Part shown: piece by piece, positions 1 to 9,794 of the stretch | How the letters are laid out: each line of letters begins with the position of its first letter | How positions within the stretch are numbered: position 1 is the stretch's first letter | Assembly (NCBI GenBank): GCA_965657355.1 | Contig: CBFHOE010000006.1 | Coordinates: 175,217 to 239,216, forward strand | Direction: 5' to 3' | DNA from: Limisphaerales bacterium | GTDB lineage: Bacteria > Verrucomicrobiota > Verrucomicrobiia > Limisphaerales > JAJOIW01 | DNA length: 64,000 nucleotides | Notes under the pieces: generated by a model | Seen by the model: the letters and a program-made list of their open reading frames with translations, nothing else | Database searches by the model: none | Told to the model about the DNA's origin: nothing | Program-made: the position numbers and the translations under genes

Positions 1-49
1 CAGTAAGTAAAAAAATCATGAGTGGGCCGTATTTGACCACGTTGGACAT
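1..49 (-). CDS. possible N-terminus of a gene running off the left edge (MSNVVKYGPLMIFLLT...)
   Basis: ATG at 49 on minus strand, open to the window edge, hydrophobic signal-like start; too short to identify. Confidence 0.3.
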   Translation of the reverse strand, partial: MSNVVKYGPLMIFLLT

Positions 50-123
50 TCCTAAGAGAAATTTTTAATGGTGGGTAAGGTTTTAAATATCACCACTTAA
101 ATCAGAAATTATTTAAACAAACC

Positions 124-145
124 AGCCGAGGGCAACGCCCGGGGT
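124..145. repeat. REP-like palindrome (family 2)
   Basis: AGCCGAGGGCAACGCCCGGGGT matches the reverse complement of 52490-52511 at 20/22 positions. Confidence 0.65.
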
Positions 146-255
146 AATGGCAAACCAACTGCCACCCTGTAATTGCCAATCAACATATGAATATAATTTA
201 TTCGCATTAAAACCCCTTAAATCATTCTCATCAGGCAGTCGCTGGAGGAACCGAC

Positions 256-933
256 TTACTTCTTTGTCTTCTTCGGTGACTTTCTATTTGGATAGCACGT
301 TTTACATATTTCACAAACGGTACCGTTGCACCCTCTAGCCGTGCAATGTTCCCGACCATAAAAAATGATCTGAAGGTGTAATTTGTTCCATTTGTCTTCG
401 GGAAAAATCTTTTTTAAATCTTTTTCTGTTTGTTCTACATTTTTTCCTGAGGTGAGGCCCCACCGTTGGGCGAGTCTATGAATGTGTGTATCTACCGGAA
501 AAGCGGGAACGCCAAAAACTTGGCTCATGACGACAGAGGCTGTTTTGTGTCCTACCCCGGGTAATTTTTCTAGTTCCTCAAATGAGCACGGGACCTCTCC
601 AGAAAACTTTTCGATTAAGATTAGCGAAAGATCAGATATAGCCTGTGCTTTTCTTGGCGCCAAGCCACAAGGTCTTATGATGTTCTCTATATCCGAAACC
701 TTTTTCTGGGCCATTTTCTCTGGACTACTTGCAAAGGAAAAAAGATCTGGAGTAATTTTATTCACTCTGATGTCAGTGCATTGAGCCGAAAGCAGAACAG
801 CTATCAGTAAGGTATAGGCATCTGCATGATCGAGAGGTATAGGTGTTTCCGGATAGAGCTCTTCCAGCCTTTCTTGAATAAATTTTGCTCTCTCTGATTT
901 GAGCATTGAAATTGTGCCCCTCTTTAAATACAA
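256..933 (-). CDS. nth: endonuclease III
   Basis: LLIAVLLSAQCTD, HhH motif LPGVGHKTA, VDTHIHR, C-terminal Cys cluster (Fe-S). Confidence 0.95.
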   Translation of the reverse strand: MYLKRGTISMLKSERAKFIQERLEELYPETPIPLDHADAYTLLIAVLLSAQCTDIRVNKITPDLFSFASSPEKMAQKKVSDIENIIRPCGLAPRKAQAISDLSLILIEKFSGEVPCSFEELEKLPGVGHKTASVVMSQVFGVPAFPVDTHIHRLAQRWGLTSGKNVEQTEKDLKKIFPEDKWNKLHLQIIFYGREHCTARGCNGTVCEICKTCYPNRKSPKKTKK

Positions 934-937
934 ACGC

Positions 938-2542
938 CTATTTTAATTCCACAGAATCTTTAGTTCTTACGTTGTCCACCAGCCTCCAAATATTTTTTGT
1001 ATTCTCATTCCTTAATTCAATAGGCAGCGAGGAGTCGGGGAAGCCTTGATAAGAGATGGGCCTGACGAATCGATCGATGGATGCTGTGCCCACAGATGTA
1101 AAAAAGCTGTGACTTGCTGCAGGATATGGACCACCGTGTTGCATAGATGCACAAACTTCAAGGCCAGTAGGAAAGCCATTGATAATGAGGCGCCCGGCTT
1201 TCCTTTCCAAAATAGTAATAAGATCTTGGAAATTTATTAAATCGTTTTCATTGGCGTGTAGTGTAACGGTAAGCTGCGCATCTAAGCTTTCGGCAAAGTC
1301 TTTTAGGCTTCCCTCGTTCTCGCCTGAGAGAAGGATTGTGGATGGCCCGAAATTTTCTTCAGCGAGTTGCGCCTCCTTGAGGTATGTTTCGATTGTTGCT
1401 TCAAAGACATGGCAGGACGCCTCTGTTTTAATCGAATCCGGTGCTTGCTCTGAATGACCAACGACTTTGACTTCATTTGTCGACTTAATCCTATCCAACC
1501 CATTGGCGTATGCTGTAGCTATTCCTTTATGCAGCATAGAAGCATTGGGGCAGGATTTTACCAATTCCGAAAGCTGCGAGGAAAATTGAGAGAGTACATC
1601 GGACTGGATACCTAGTGCAATTCCCGGGCTGGTACAGAATTGTCCAACCCCCATATTTACAGATTGTATGAGCCCTTCTGCTATTGCTTTCCCTCTTTCC
1701 GCCATGGCTCCGGGGAGGACAAATACAGGGTTTGTACTTCCCATCTCAGCATAAACTGGTATCGGTCTCTCTCTTTTAGCCGCTAGATCCATTAAAGCCC
1801 GCCCACCTCGCAGTGACCCGGTAAAGGCTACTGCTTCTGATGCTGGGTGATTGACCAGGGCGGCACCAACAGAGTTGGAAACTCCTTGAAGTAAGGAAAA
1901 AGACCCTTCAGGCATTCCAGATTTTTCTACGGCTCTTCTAATCGCTTCTGCCAATAATTCACAGGTTCCAGGGTGCGCCGGATGTGCCTTAACAACGACA
2001 GGGCACCCGGCGCCAATAGCACTCACTGTATCGCTACCGAAAACCGATATTGCCAGTGGAAAATTACTAGCGCCAAAAACGACAACCGGCCCAATGGGCT
2101 TTAGCATTCTTCTAACATCTGGCTTTGGAACAGGTTGTCGGTCTGGATTAGGTAAATCAATTCTCGCATCTACCCAGCTACCCTCACGAAGAATATTAGC
2201 AAACATCTTACACTGATTAACGGCCCTTCCTCTTTCCATAGTTAATCTGGGTAATGGTAATCCCGTTTCTCTTTGTGCACGCTCTAGCAAACCATCACCT
2301 AGTGCCATGACTTCATCCGCCATACAATCCAGGAATTGAGCCCTTTGATCCGCTGATTTATTCCTCAGCTCATCAAAAGCATCCTTTGCTCTGGACATGG
2401 CCTCATCTACTTCTGCTTCGGTAGCATCATAGAACTTTGGCTCGAGAGCATCCGAGTTTGATGGGTCAAAAGCGGTGAATCCAGACGATGATGTGGATGC
2501 CTTCCACGCTCCGGCGATAAGTTGGTTTCCTGTGATTTTCAT
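938..2542 (-). CDS. NADP-dependent aldehyde dehydrogenase, alpha-ketoglutaric semialdehyde dehydrogenase-like
   Basis: FGASNFPLA, FTGS, AEMGSTNP, GQFCTSPG, EENFGP, HGGPYPA motifs. Confidence 0.9.
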   Translation of the reverse strand: MKITGNQLIAGAWKASTSSSGFTAFDPSNSDALEPKFYDATEAEVDEAMSRAKDAFDELRNKSADQRAQFLDCMADEVMALGDGLLERAQRETGLPLPRLTMERGRAVNQCKMFANILREGSWVDARIDLPNPDRQPVPKPDVRRMLKPIGPVVVFGASNFPLAISVFGSDTVSAIGAGCPVVVKAHPAHPGTCELLAEAIRRAVEKSGMPEGSFSLLQGVSNSVGAALVNHPASEAVAFTGSLRGGRALMDLAAKRERPIPVYAEMGSTNPVFVLPGAMAERGKAIAEGLIQSVNMGVGQFCTSPGIALGIQSDVLSQFSSQLSELVKSCPNASMLHKGIATAYANGLDRIKSTNEVKVVGHSEQAPDSIKTEASCHVFEATIETYLKEAQLAEENFGPSTILLSGENEGSLKDFAESLDAQLTVTLHANENDLINFQDLITILERKAGRLIINGFPTGLEVCASMQHGGPYPAASHSFFTSVGTASIDRFVRPISYQGFPDSSLPIELRNENTKNIWRLVDNVRTKDSVELK

Positions 2543-2591
2543 TTGGGCGTTATACTATGGATTTTGATGGTAATTGTCATTGAAGACTTTG

Positions 2592-3230
2592 TTATTTTTG
2601 TTTTGTGAAGTCTTCTATTTCACTTCTTGAAATTGGGTTCCATTCAAATGAAGCATAATTCGTCTCTATACCCTGTTTATTAAAATAACATTCAAAATCT
2701 GTTTTTATCTTTTTCAGGTAATCAGGTGTTTCTATTGGGGTGAATTCAGGGTCCCCCATAAAAACAATTTTCATTTGTTCAAAATACGGAACATTGTCTG
2801 TTCTTACAAAAACACATCCCCCCGGTTCTAAAACCCGTGCTAACCAACGTGTCATTGATGGTCTGAATAATCTATTCCTAGAATGCTTTTTCTTAGGCCA
2901 CGGATCGGGAAAGTATATATGTATTTTTGAAATGCTTGACGGTGGAATTAAATACCTAAGCACATAACTGATCTCATGCCTCATGCCGCAGAGATTGGTA
3001 AGTTTGTTCTTTTTGGTAAAACGCTCAATTTTTTTGAGGCGCCCGAGAAGCCGTTCAATGGCAATAAAGTTTTTGCTGGTTTCTTGGGAGGCTATTTTTG
3101 TGATAAATGACCCGTCCCCAGCTCCAAGCTCAAGTTCGATGGGATGTATATCTGGAAAGATATCCTTAAAATCCAACGACCTTTGAATGTCTAGGGGATA
3201 AAGTAATGGTATGAAATTAAATGTTTTCAA
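2592..3230 (-). CDS. trmB: tRNA (guanine-N7)-methyltransferase
   Basis: ELGAGDG SAM motif, FPDPWPKKKH, RTD, TDFE. Confidence 0.92.
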   Translation of the reverse strand: MKTFNFIPLLYPLDIQRSLDFKDIFPDIHPIELELGAGDGSFITKIASQETSKNFIAIERLLGRLKKIERFTKKNKLTNLCGMRHEISYVLRYLIPPSSISKIHIYFPDPWPKKKHSRNRLFRPSMTRWLARVLEPGGCVFVRTDNVPYFEQMKIVFMGDPEFTPIETPDYLKKIKTDFECYFNKQGIETNYASFEWNPISRSEIEDFTKQK

Positions 3231-4092
3231 CGGTTCGTTTTCCTCTCACTTAAGCCAAAAATTTATATTCAAGAAGGACCTATTACCAATTTAAAAGACT
3301 CACCGCAGACGAAAACCTATCCCAGAAGTTTTCATCGCTAGAGAGCCAATTTCAGCAACTGAAAAATACCCTCATTGAAAAGCGGCCTAAAATATTTTTT
3401 GCAAACACGAAAATGTTTCTATGAATATGGAGGAATCCATTTTCCCGTCATATGCGATAAATCAATTTTATTTCTGCGAACTGAAATCCAACGAAACTCT
3501 CTCTCAAGCTCATGAGCATTGATTTTATTTTCCTGGGTCTACCTTCTTGGTCTCACTTTAGAAACCCAAAAGTGTGCGGTACTCCCCCCTTTATACTCAG
3601 AACTTGGGATTACCTAAGTCATAGTTCCGGTAAGAAAATGGTTTGCAGAGAACAATATGTTCCATCTCTTACCCATGCCTACGAGCCCGGCTTTTGCTGT
3701 CAAGAGAAGCAACTAAAGACGTTGAGCTCGGCTTTTTAAATTCTGTAACTTTAACCGAAATCATAATTGAAAGACCACGAAGCTTCGAAACACAGAAAAC
3801 TATTTATTTTTTGTGGGCCAAAGGTCTCAGTGGGAATTTTCAATATTTTGTCAATAAGCGTAATCCCTCTCAACAATCTCTGCTGGATTCAGATGGTTTA
3901 ATCAAAGAGGAATTGAGGCCGCTACTTTAAATGAGTTACAAGAAGGTAGAAGTGGTAATAGGATTTTTTACTTCTAAGATTAGAAGATGATGTGTTTGCA
4001 CGCTCTCTACGGCGTACAATGGATTAGAACTCTTTTCCCCTAAATCCAAGATACGCATGCGACCAGGACTTTCGAAGAAGTTCTGAGCCGCT

Positions 4093-4620
4093 TCAATAAT
4101 CTCTGTTTTCTTTCAGCGAAACAGGCTTGTCAAAAATGAGAGATGTAACGAAGCCTTGTCGGATTGAGCGAGGATTATTAAAGAAATCTTTCGTATTAGT
4201 TGCAAAAGATAGGCTTTCAGTTTTTTTCTTGGATTTTGTTTTTTCCCTTACCTCTTCCAGTTTTTTGATAGCTAATTGCTGCTTGCGTTTTGCTTCCTCG
4301 ATTTCCTTTTCTTTTTGACTGGCCAAAAGGGTGTCGTCTAAAACAATTGGCTTTTCGACCTCTTTTCTTTGCCTTTCTTCTTCAGATGAGCGCGGTGGTT
4401 CCCTGGTAGCGGATCTGTCTTGAACTCGTTCTTTAAGCTCTTTGAAGAGCCTCTCTTCATAACTCAAAGGAGGTGGCCCGACAGTTCTTGGGTCGTTAGG
4501 AGGTAAATCTAATTCAGATAACTCTTCCAGTTCATCACTATTTTTTTTGCCTTTCTTTTTAGCCAGTCCTGATAAAGCAGATATGACAGCAAAAATTAAT
4601 AAGGGAATTAAATCTTCCAT
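4093..4620 (-). CDS. membrane-anchored hypothetical protein (YqfB-like position after floA)
   Basis: N-terminal hydrophobic helix then charged coiled-coil; third gene of the nfeD-floA unit. Confidence 0.7.
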   Translation of the reverse strand: MEDLIPLLIFAVISALSGLAKKKGKKNSDELEELSELDLPPNDPRTVGPPPLSYEERLFKELKERVQDRSATREPPRSSEEERQRKEVEKPIVLDDTLLASQKEKEIEEAKRKQQLAIKKLEEVREKTKSKKKTESLSFATNTKDFFNNPRSIRQGFVTSLIFDKPVSLKENRDY

Positions 4621-4636
4621 GTGATGTGCTTTGTTA

Positions 4637-4673
4637 TAAAAAAGGGTCAGCTTCAGAATTTAAGCTGACCCCC
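4637..4673 (-). terminator. intrinsic terminator after floA
   Basis: GGGTCAGCTT-N8-AAGCTGACCC stem followed by a T run on the minus strand. Confidence 0.75.
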
Positions 4674-4681
4674 ATTTAAAT

Positions 4682-5698
4682 TTAATTATCCTCTGAATCT
4701 TTGGTTGAATCACCAATGCCTTCGCGCATGTTAGTGTCAGCCTCAACATTTTTATATTTAATGTAATCCATAACGCCAAGATTTCCGGATCTGAACGCTT
4801 CAGAGATCGCCTGCGGCACTTGTGCCTCTGCTTCAACAACCTTCGCTCTCATTTCTTGCGTCTTCGCCAACATTTCTTGTTCGGATGCAACAGCAGCAGC
4901 GCGCCTTACTTCAGCCTGAGCTTGAGCAATGAGTTTATTCGCCTCAGCTTGTTCGGCCTGCAGTTTCGCCCCAACGTTTGCGCCAACATCCAAATCAGCA
5001 ATGTCTATGGAGAGAATTTCGAATGCAGTATTTGCATCGAGGGCTGTGTCCAATACTTTTTTGGATATGCGGTCCGGATTCTCTAAAACCTCTTTATAAG
5101 TATCTGCGGAACCGATTGTGGAAACAATTCCTTCACCAACTCGTGCTACTACAGTTTCCTCGGTAGCACCACCGACAAAGCGATCGAGATTTGTTCTCAC
5201 GGTGACGCGTGCTTTTGCTTTTATCACGATTCCGTCTTTTGCGACGGCATCTATTGTGCGCTTCTCGCCCGACGCACCCGGACAATCAATAACACGCGGA
5301 TTAACCGACGTTTTAACAGCAATCAAAACCGTTTTATCCGTTCCTTTTGTTGCCAGATCAATGGCACAAGCACGATCAAATACCAGGTCAATTTGTGCCT
5401 TTTGTGCCGCAATCAATGCCAAAATAACCATCTCCACTGATCCCCCGGCCAAATGGTGCGTGGAAAGCTGGTCGATGGATACAACAATTCCCGATTTCGA
5501 GGCAGTGATTCGGTTATCAACAATATAGCCAACGGGGACTTTTCTTAGAAAAAGAGCCACAAGCTCTATTGGGCTTACATAGGCGCCAGAAACCCAGGCT
5601 CGAATGAATACATTCAAGAAGCTTAAACTCCACACGAAAACGGCGAGAACGATTAGTCCGCCTACGATATAGGCAAATATTATTGGGTCATCAAACAT
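4682..5698 (-). CDS. floA: flotillin-like protein FloA (YqfA/UPF0365)
   Basis: [52 protein letters not shown]. Confidence 0.93.
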   Translation of the reverse strand: MFDDPIIFAYIVGGLIVLAVFVWSLSFLNVFIRAWVSGAYVSPIELVALFLRKVPVGYIVDNRITASKSGIVVSIDQLSTHHLAGGSVEMVILALIAAQKAQIDLVFDRACAIDLATKGTDKTVLIAVKTSVNPRVIDCPGASGEKRTIDAVAKDGIVIKAKARVTVRTNLDRFVGGATEETVVARVGEGIVSTIGSADTYKEVLENPDRISKKVLDTALDANTAFEILSIDIADLDVGANVGAKLQAEQAEANKLIAQAQAEVRRAAAVASEQEMLAKTQEMRAKVVEAEAQVPQAISEAFRSGNLGVMDYIKYKNVEADTNMREGIGDSTKDSEDN

Positions 5699-5851
5699 AT
5701 CAACGTATCTTTTACTTATTAAATGCTGTTATTTAAAAAACAATCTCTCCAAATGGTGAAATACTTTCAAGCAAGATCGATAGATCAATGTGTTTGATCT
5801 GTATGAATCTTGCCATTTTCTGTCTTACGCATTCGAATTTGTGTTCACTGC

Positions 5852-6313
5852 TTAATCCTGCGTCTTTCTTACAATAATCCTGTTACCTGAAACATCAACT
5901 ACTTCCACGGGAGTGTTGGGTTCGAGAAAGCCTTCTGCTGCAATGACATCATACTTTTTACTATTTATCCTAGCATATCCTGATGGTGACAGCCGACTCG
6001 ATGTCATTCCTTTCTCGCCAAGGATTTCATCCGGTTTTTCGCCAAGGCCTCCAACATGGGATTCCGAGACAAAAATTTTTCCAAATGGGGAGGTCGGAAA
6101 ATATTTTAGCCATAAGAAAAATCCTACCGAACCAAAAACCAGCAGACCTCCAAATGTGAGGTGCCCAGCTTCTACACCAATTTCAGAGTAACTATAGACA
6201 ACGGCCGCAATCCAACAGACCGTTCCAATGACCCCCAAAATCATTCCTGGAAGGATCGACTCCAAAATCAAGAGGACGGCTCCGCATAGTATTAAAGTGA
6301 TTATGACCGACAT
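5852..6313 (-). CDS. NfeD family protein (short form)
   Basis: three TM helices plus C-terminal OB-like domain (LSPSGYARI, VEVVDVSGNRIIV); next to floA. Confidence 0.85.
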   Translation of the reverse strand: MSVIITLILCGAVLLILESILPGMILGVIGTVCWIAAVVYSYSEIGVEAGHLTFGGLLVFGSVGFFLWLKYFPTSPFGKIFVSESHVGGLGEKPDEILGEKGMTSSRLSPSGYARINSKKYDVIAAEGFLEPNTPVEVVDVSGNRIIVRKTQD

Positions 6314-6374
6314 GATCTCAATGTTTTAATGTTAAATTTTTTCTAAAATAAGGATTTTTCTAAACCAAAAGTAT

Positions 6375-7145
6375 TTACATTCCCATGATTTGGTATCCAC
6401 AATCTACGTAAATAACCTGACCGGTTATGGCAGCAGCACCATCACTAGCTAGGAAAGTTCCGGTGGATCCCAACTCAGCGGGATCTACATTTCTTTTCAA
6501 AGGCGCATGCTCTTTATTGTGATCTAGCATCTTGGAAAACCCTCCGATACCTCTTGCCGCAAGGGTATTCATTGGTCCGGCAGAAATACAATTGACACGA
6601 ATTTTTTTGGGCCCCAAGTCGTATGCCAAATATCGAGTTGATGCCTCGAGAGATGCTTTCGCGACCCCCATAACATTGTAATTAGGAATAACCTTCTCTG
6701 CGCCATAATAGGACATTGCCACAACGCTACCTCCGTCAGTCATTAATGGAGCAGCTCTCTGGCACAGCGCGACTAAAGAATAGGCACTGACATCATGACT
6801 CGTCAAAAAAGCTTCTCTCGTCGTGCTGACAAAATCCCCCTCTAAGGATTCTTTAGGTGCAAACGCTACAGAATGAAGGAGTAGATCTAATTTTCCAAAT
6901 TTATCTCCAACACTCGCAAAAACATTATCAATCTCCTCGTCTTTTGTGACATCACAAGGGATCAATAAGGTGTCATCACCGAACGTTTGAACCAAATCTT
7001 CAACTTTTGATTTCAATCTTTCGCCTTGGTAAGTAAATGCGAGTTTTGCCCCTTCTTTGTGCCATGCTTCTGCGATGGCCCAGGCGATAGACCTCTTATT
7101 TGCTACCCCAAAAACGACGCCACATTTTCCATCTAAGATTCCCAT
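6375..7145 (-). CDS. fabI: enoyl-ACP reductase
   Basis: GVANKRSIAW, SAYSL, YNVMGVAKASLE, ISAGP. Confidence 0.95.
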   Translation of the reverse strand: MGILDGKCGVVFGVANKRSIAWAIAEAWHKEGAKLAFTYQGERLKSKVEDLVQTFGDDTLLIPCDVTKDEEIDNVFASVGDKFGKLDLLLHSVAFAPKESLEGDFVSTTREAFLTSHDVSAYSLVALCQRAAPLMTDGGSVVAMSYYGAEKVIPNYNVMGVAKASLEASTRYLAYDLGPKKIRVNCISAGPMNTLAARGIGGFSKMLDHNKEHAPLKRNVDPAELGSTGTFLASDGAAAITGQVIYVDCGYQIMGM

Positions 7146-7283
7146 ACCCTATATATATAGCAGAATAAGTTAGGGACCCAACATCGATTTTTATCTCATT
7201 TGGCGTAAAAAGTCCGAAATGACCATTCAGCCATCCCGGACTTCGTTTACAACTCTAAACAACCTAACTTTTACGGAAAATTA

Positions 7284-8204
7284 TTATCTGCCTCTACCCT
7301 CTGGGCGTGGACTTCTTTTGTCCATGCGATCCGATGGGCGTCTTCGGTCGTTTCCTCTATCGTTTCCTCCTTTTAGTCTTTTGACCTCTGCCTTTAAAAT
7401 ACGTATTTCTTTCTCAAGTTGAGCCATTTTACGAAATATGCCTTTTACCATCTCGGGGGCTCTGTCAGCCGGGCCTTGATGTAAGCCTCGATTATTTCCA
7501 CGGCCACCAAATGAGCGGCCACTATTGATTCCTCGTTCTTTAGAAGAATCCCCACGCATCCTCCTGGCTCCAGGACCAAACCCTCTTCCTTGGAAGCCTC
7601 GTCCCATGGAGGGGCTTCGGTTTTCTCTACTGTTGTTTCGGTTCATTTCTTGGCCTCTTCCTTCGCGCCCCCTGTTTTGCATGAAATGGCGTGAGTTCAT
7701 TTGTTTATGGCTTCCACGTCCTGCGTGTTCTCTATCTTCAGGACCTTGACCCCTATTGCCATATCGGCCTGGTCCTCTGTTCGTTTTCTCTCCGCCCGAT
7801 GCTCTTTCTCTCATCATTTCTCTAATAAATGGAGGGGGACCCATTCTTCTTTCCCCATCATTTGTGCGCTCAGGGCGTCGCATTTGTCTTTCTCCATCTC
7901 GTGGTCCTCGTTCGCCCCTGTCTCCAGGTCCACGTTCTGGCCTATCCATTCTTTCGGGGTTCCCAGGTCGAAATTGCGTCTCATTGACTTCCTCAATATC
8001 GATTAATGGTTCGCCATTTATCTCAACTTCCTCATCAGCCATGTCTACATTGGAATCATCAACCTCATGTGAGCTGACATTTTTTTCTGTGGACAGTAAT
8101 TCTTTCGGCTGTGGGATTGGAACAATGTCACTATCGGCTTTGGTTATGTTAGCGGAGGACACAAGTCCAAGCGCCATTACTAAAATTAAAAGTTTCTTTT
8201 TCAT
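7284..8204 (-). CDS. secreted low-complexity Arg/Gly-rich protein
   Basis: Sec signal (MKKKLLILVMALGLV...AD), acidic segment, long RG/GR-rich segment, short coiled coil. Confidence 0.75.
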   Translation of the reverse strand: MKKKLLILVMALGLVSSANITKADSDIVPIPQPKELLSTEKNVSSHEVDDSNVDMADEEVEINGEPLIDIEEVNETQFRPGNPERMDRPERGPGDRGERGPRDGERQMRRPERTNDGERRMGPPPFIREMMRERASGGEKTNRGPGRYGNRGQGPEDREHAGRGSHKQMNSRHFMQNRGREGRGQEMNRNNSRENRSPSMGRGFQGRGFGPGARRMRGDSSKERGINSGRSFGGRGNNRGLHQGPADRAPEMVKGIFRKMAQLEKEIRILKAEVKRLKGGNDRGNDRRRPSDRMDKRSPRPEGRGR

Positions 8205-8310
8205 ATCGTCTAATTTCTCTGCTTAAATCCCGTGTCATATTGGGATGTGGTTTACATATACAATAGAGTCCTACTTGCACAATTTGGTTACATATTCTGA
8301 TAAAATTAAT

Positions 8311-8658
8311 TCACCCGGTAAAATCGAGGACAAAGACATCTGACAAATTGTCTTTGACTAAATCGACAAACTTTAGATGTTCAGGATGAGTTAGATAAAA
8401 ATCGCGATCTTCTTGGGTTTTAAATGTGAGTATAAATCCATGAGAACAATTCTTGTTGAGCCCCTCAGGGCTATTGTTTTCTCCGTATCGAAAAGAATCT
8501 ATTTGTGAAATTTTATCTTTTAATGAGACGAATGCCTCCAAAATGAATTTTACTTTTTCTTCACTGCATGTTTGTGAGAAACCAAAACCTACAAAATGAA
8601 ACACCAATGGTTCTTTGTTATTTTCACCAATTTTCACTCTCAAATCTATAGACTTCAA
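8311..8658 (-). CDS. Dabb family stress-responsive alpha/beta barrel protein
   Basis: GENNSPEG, HGFILTF, YLTHPEH, FVLDF; start uncertain. Confidence 0.85.
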   Translation of the reverse strand: MKSIDLRVKIGENNKEPLVFHFVGFGFSQTCSEEKVKFILEAFVSLKDKISQIDSFRYGENNSPEGLNKNCSHGFILTFKTQEDRDFYLTHPEHLKFVDLVKDNLSDVFVLDFTG

Positions 8659-8733
8659 CTCACCGAATAGAAAAGAAGATTATTACCTGAATTATAAAAT
8701 TGATTTGGCAGCCGGTGATATTCAGGGGAAGAT

Positions 8734-9021
8734 ATGATTATGAAATCAGCATATGAATTAGCGATGGAAAGATTGAATAAATCGCAACCAAAAATTACCC
8801 TGACAGAACAACAAAAAGCTGAGATTTCTGAAATCGATAATAAATTCAAAGCAAAAATTGCTGAACGCGAAGTCTTTCTTTCACCCAAAATTGAAGAAGC
8901 TCGATCTCAAGGAGATTTTGAAACAGCGGAGCAATTAGAAAAACAACTTTCTGCTGACAAAAGTAATCTAGAATGCGACATGGAAACAGCTAAGCAAAAG
9001 GTGAGAGACCAAGGGTCTTAA
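8734..9021 (+). CDS. small helical hypothetical protein
   Basis: clean ORF (MKSAYELAMERL...) co-oriented and 17 bp upstream of rsmD. Confidence 0.75.
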   Translation: MIMKSAYELAMERLNKSQPKITLTEQQKAEISEIDNKFKAKIAEREVFLSPKIEEARSQGDFETAEQLEKQLSADKSNLECDMETAKQKVRDQGS

Positions 9022-9038
9022 TTTGAAATAAAATACCA

Positions 9039-9620
9039 ATGAGAATCACGGGTGGCGAAGCTGCTGGAAAATACCTTTCTGTTCCCAAAGGGCTTGGGGT
9101 AAGGCCTACACCAGAGAAAGTAAGGCAAGCTATCTTCAATAGCATAGGAATACTGATCGAAGAGACGAGTATACTTGAGCTTTTCGGAGGATCGGGTGCC
9201 CTTTCCTTAGAATCACTATCAAGAGGGGCGACAAAGGCAGTTTGTGTTGAGAAATCCCCCAAACACGCTCGTTTCATAAAATCAAACGCAAAAGCCTGTG
9301 GCTTCGATTTAGCTTCCTTTGAGGTTATAGCTGGTGATGCTTTTACCCATGCACAACGATTTAAGGATCAAGAAAAAACCTTTGATTTCATTATGGCCGA
9401 CCCTCCATATGGTGACAAAAATGTCGGGTTCAGAAGCCAATCTATCGCTCAAAAAACAGTAGACGATCTCAACCTCCCGTCCGTCCTCAAGCCAGATGGC
9501 CTCTTTATCATTGGGCATGCCAAGCGGGATCAAATCGAGATCCCTATCCACTGGAGAGAAAAGAAATCCCTCAAACATGGCGACAATTGGATTCGTATTT
9601 TAACCTTACCAGAAAGCTAA
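9039..9620 (+). CDS. rsmD: 16S rRNA (guanine966-N2)-methyltransferase
   Basis: MRITGG, VRPT, ELFGGSGAL, DPPY. Confidence 0.9.
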   Translation: MRITGGEAAGKYLSVPKGLGVRPTPEKVRQAIFNSIGILIEETSILELFGGSGALSLESLSRGATKAVCVEKSPKHARFIKSNAKACGFDLASFEVIAGDAFTHAQRFKDQEKTFDFIMADPPYGDKNVGFRSQSIAQKTVDDLNLPSVLKPDGLFIIGHAKRDQIEIPIHWREKKSLKHGDNWIRILTLPES

Positions 9621-9629
9621 AACATATGG

Positions 9630-9686
9630 AGTGCGGGGTCTCCCCCGCACTAAGAATTTTAAGTGAGGCACCCTGAAAGGGCGATA
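9630..9686. repeat. GC hairpin plus REP-like CCCTGAAAGGG element between convergent genes
   Basis: AGTGCGGGG-TCTC-CCCCGCACT-like stem; ACCCTGAAAGGGCGATA shared with 52381-52434. Confidence 0.55.
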
Positions 9687-9794
9687 AATCATCAATGCTT
9701 CTTCACTTCAATCATAACATCCACATGTGACTCGAATATTATACATAATACCCCTTTGGGGTTTTACAAAATGGTCTGAATTTTTAAATAGACC

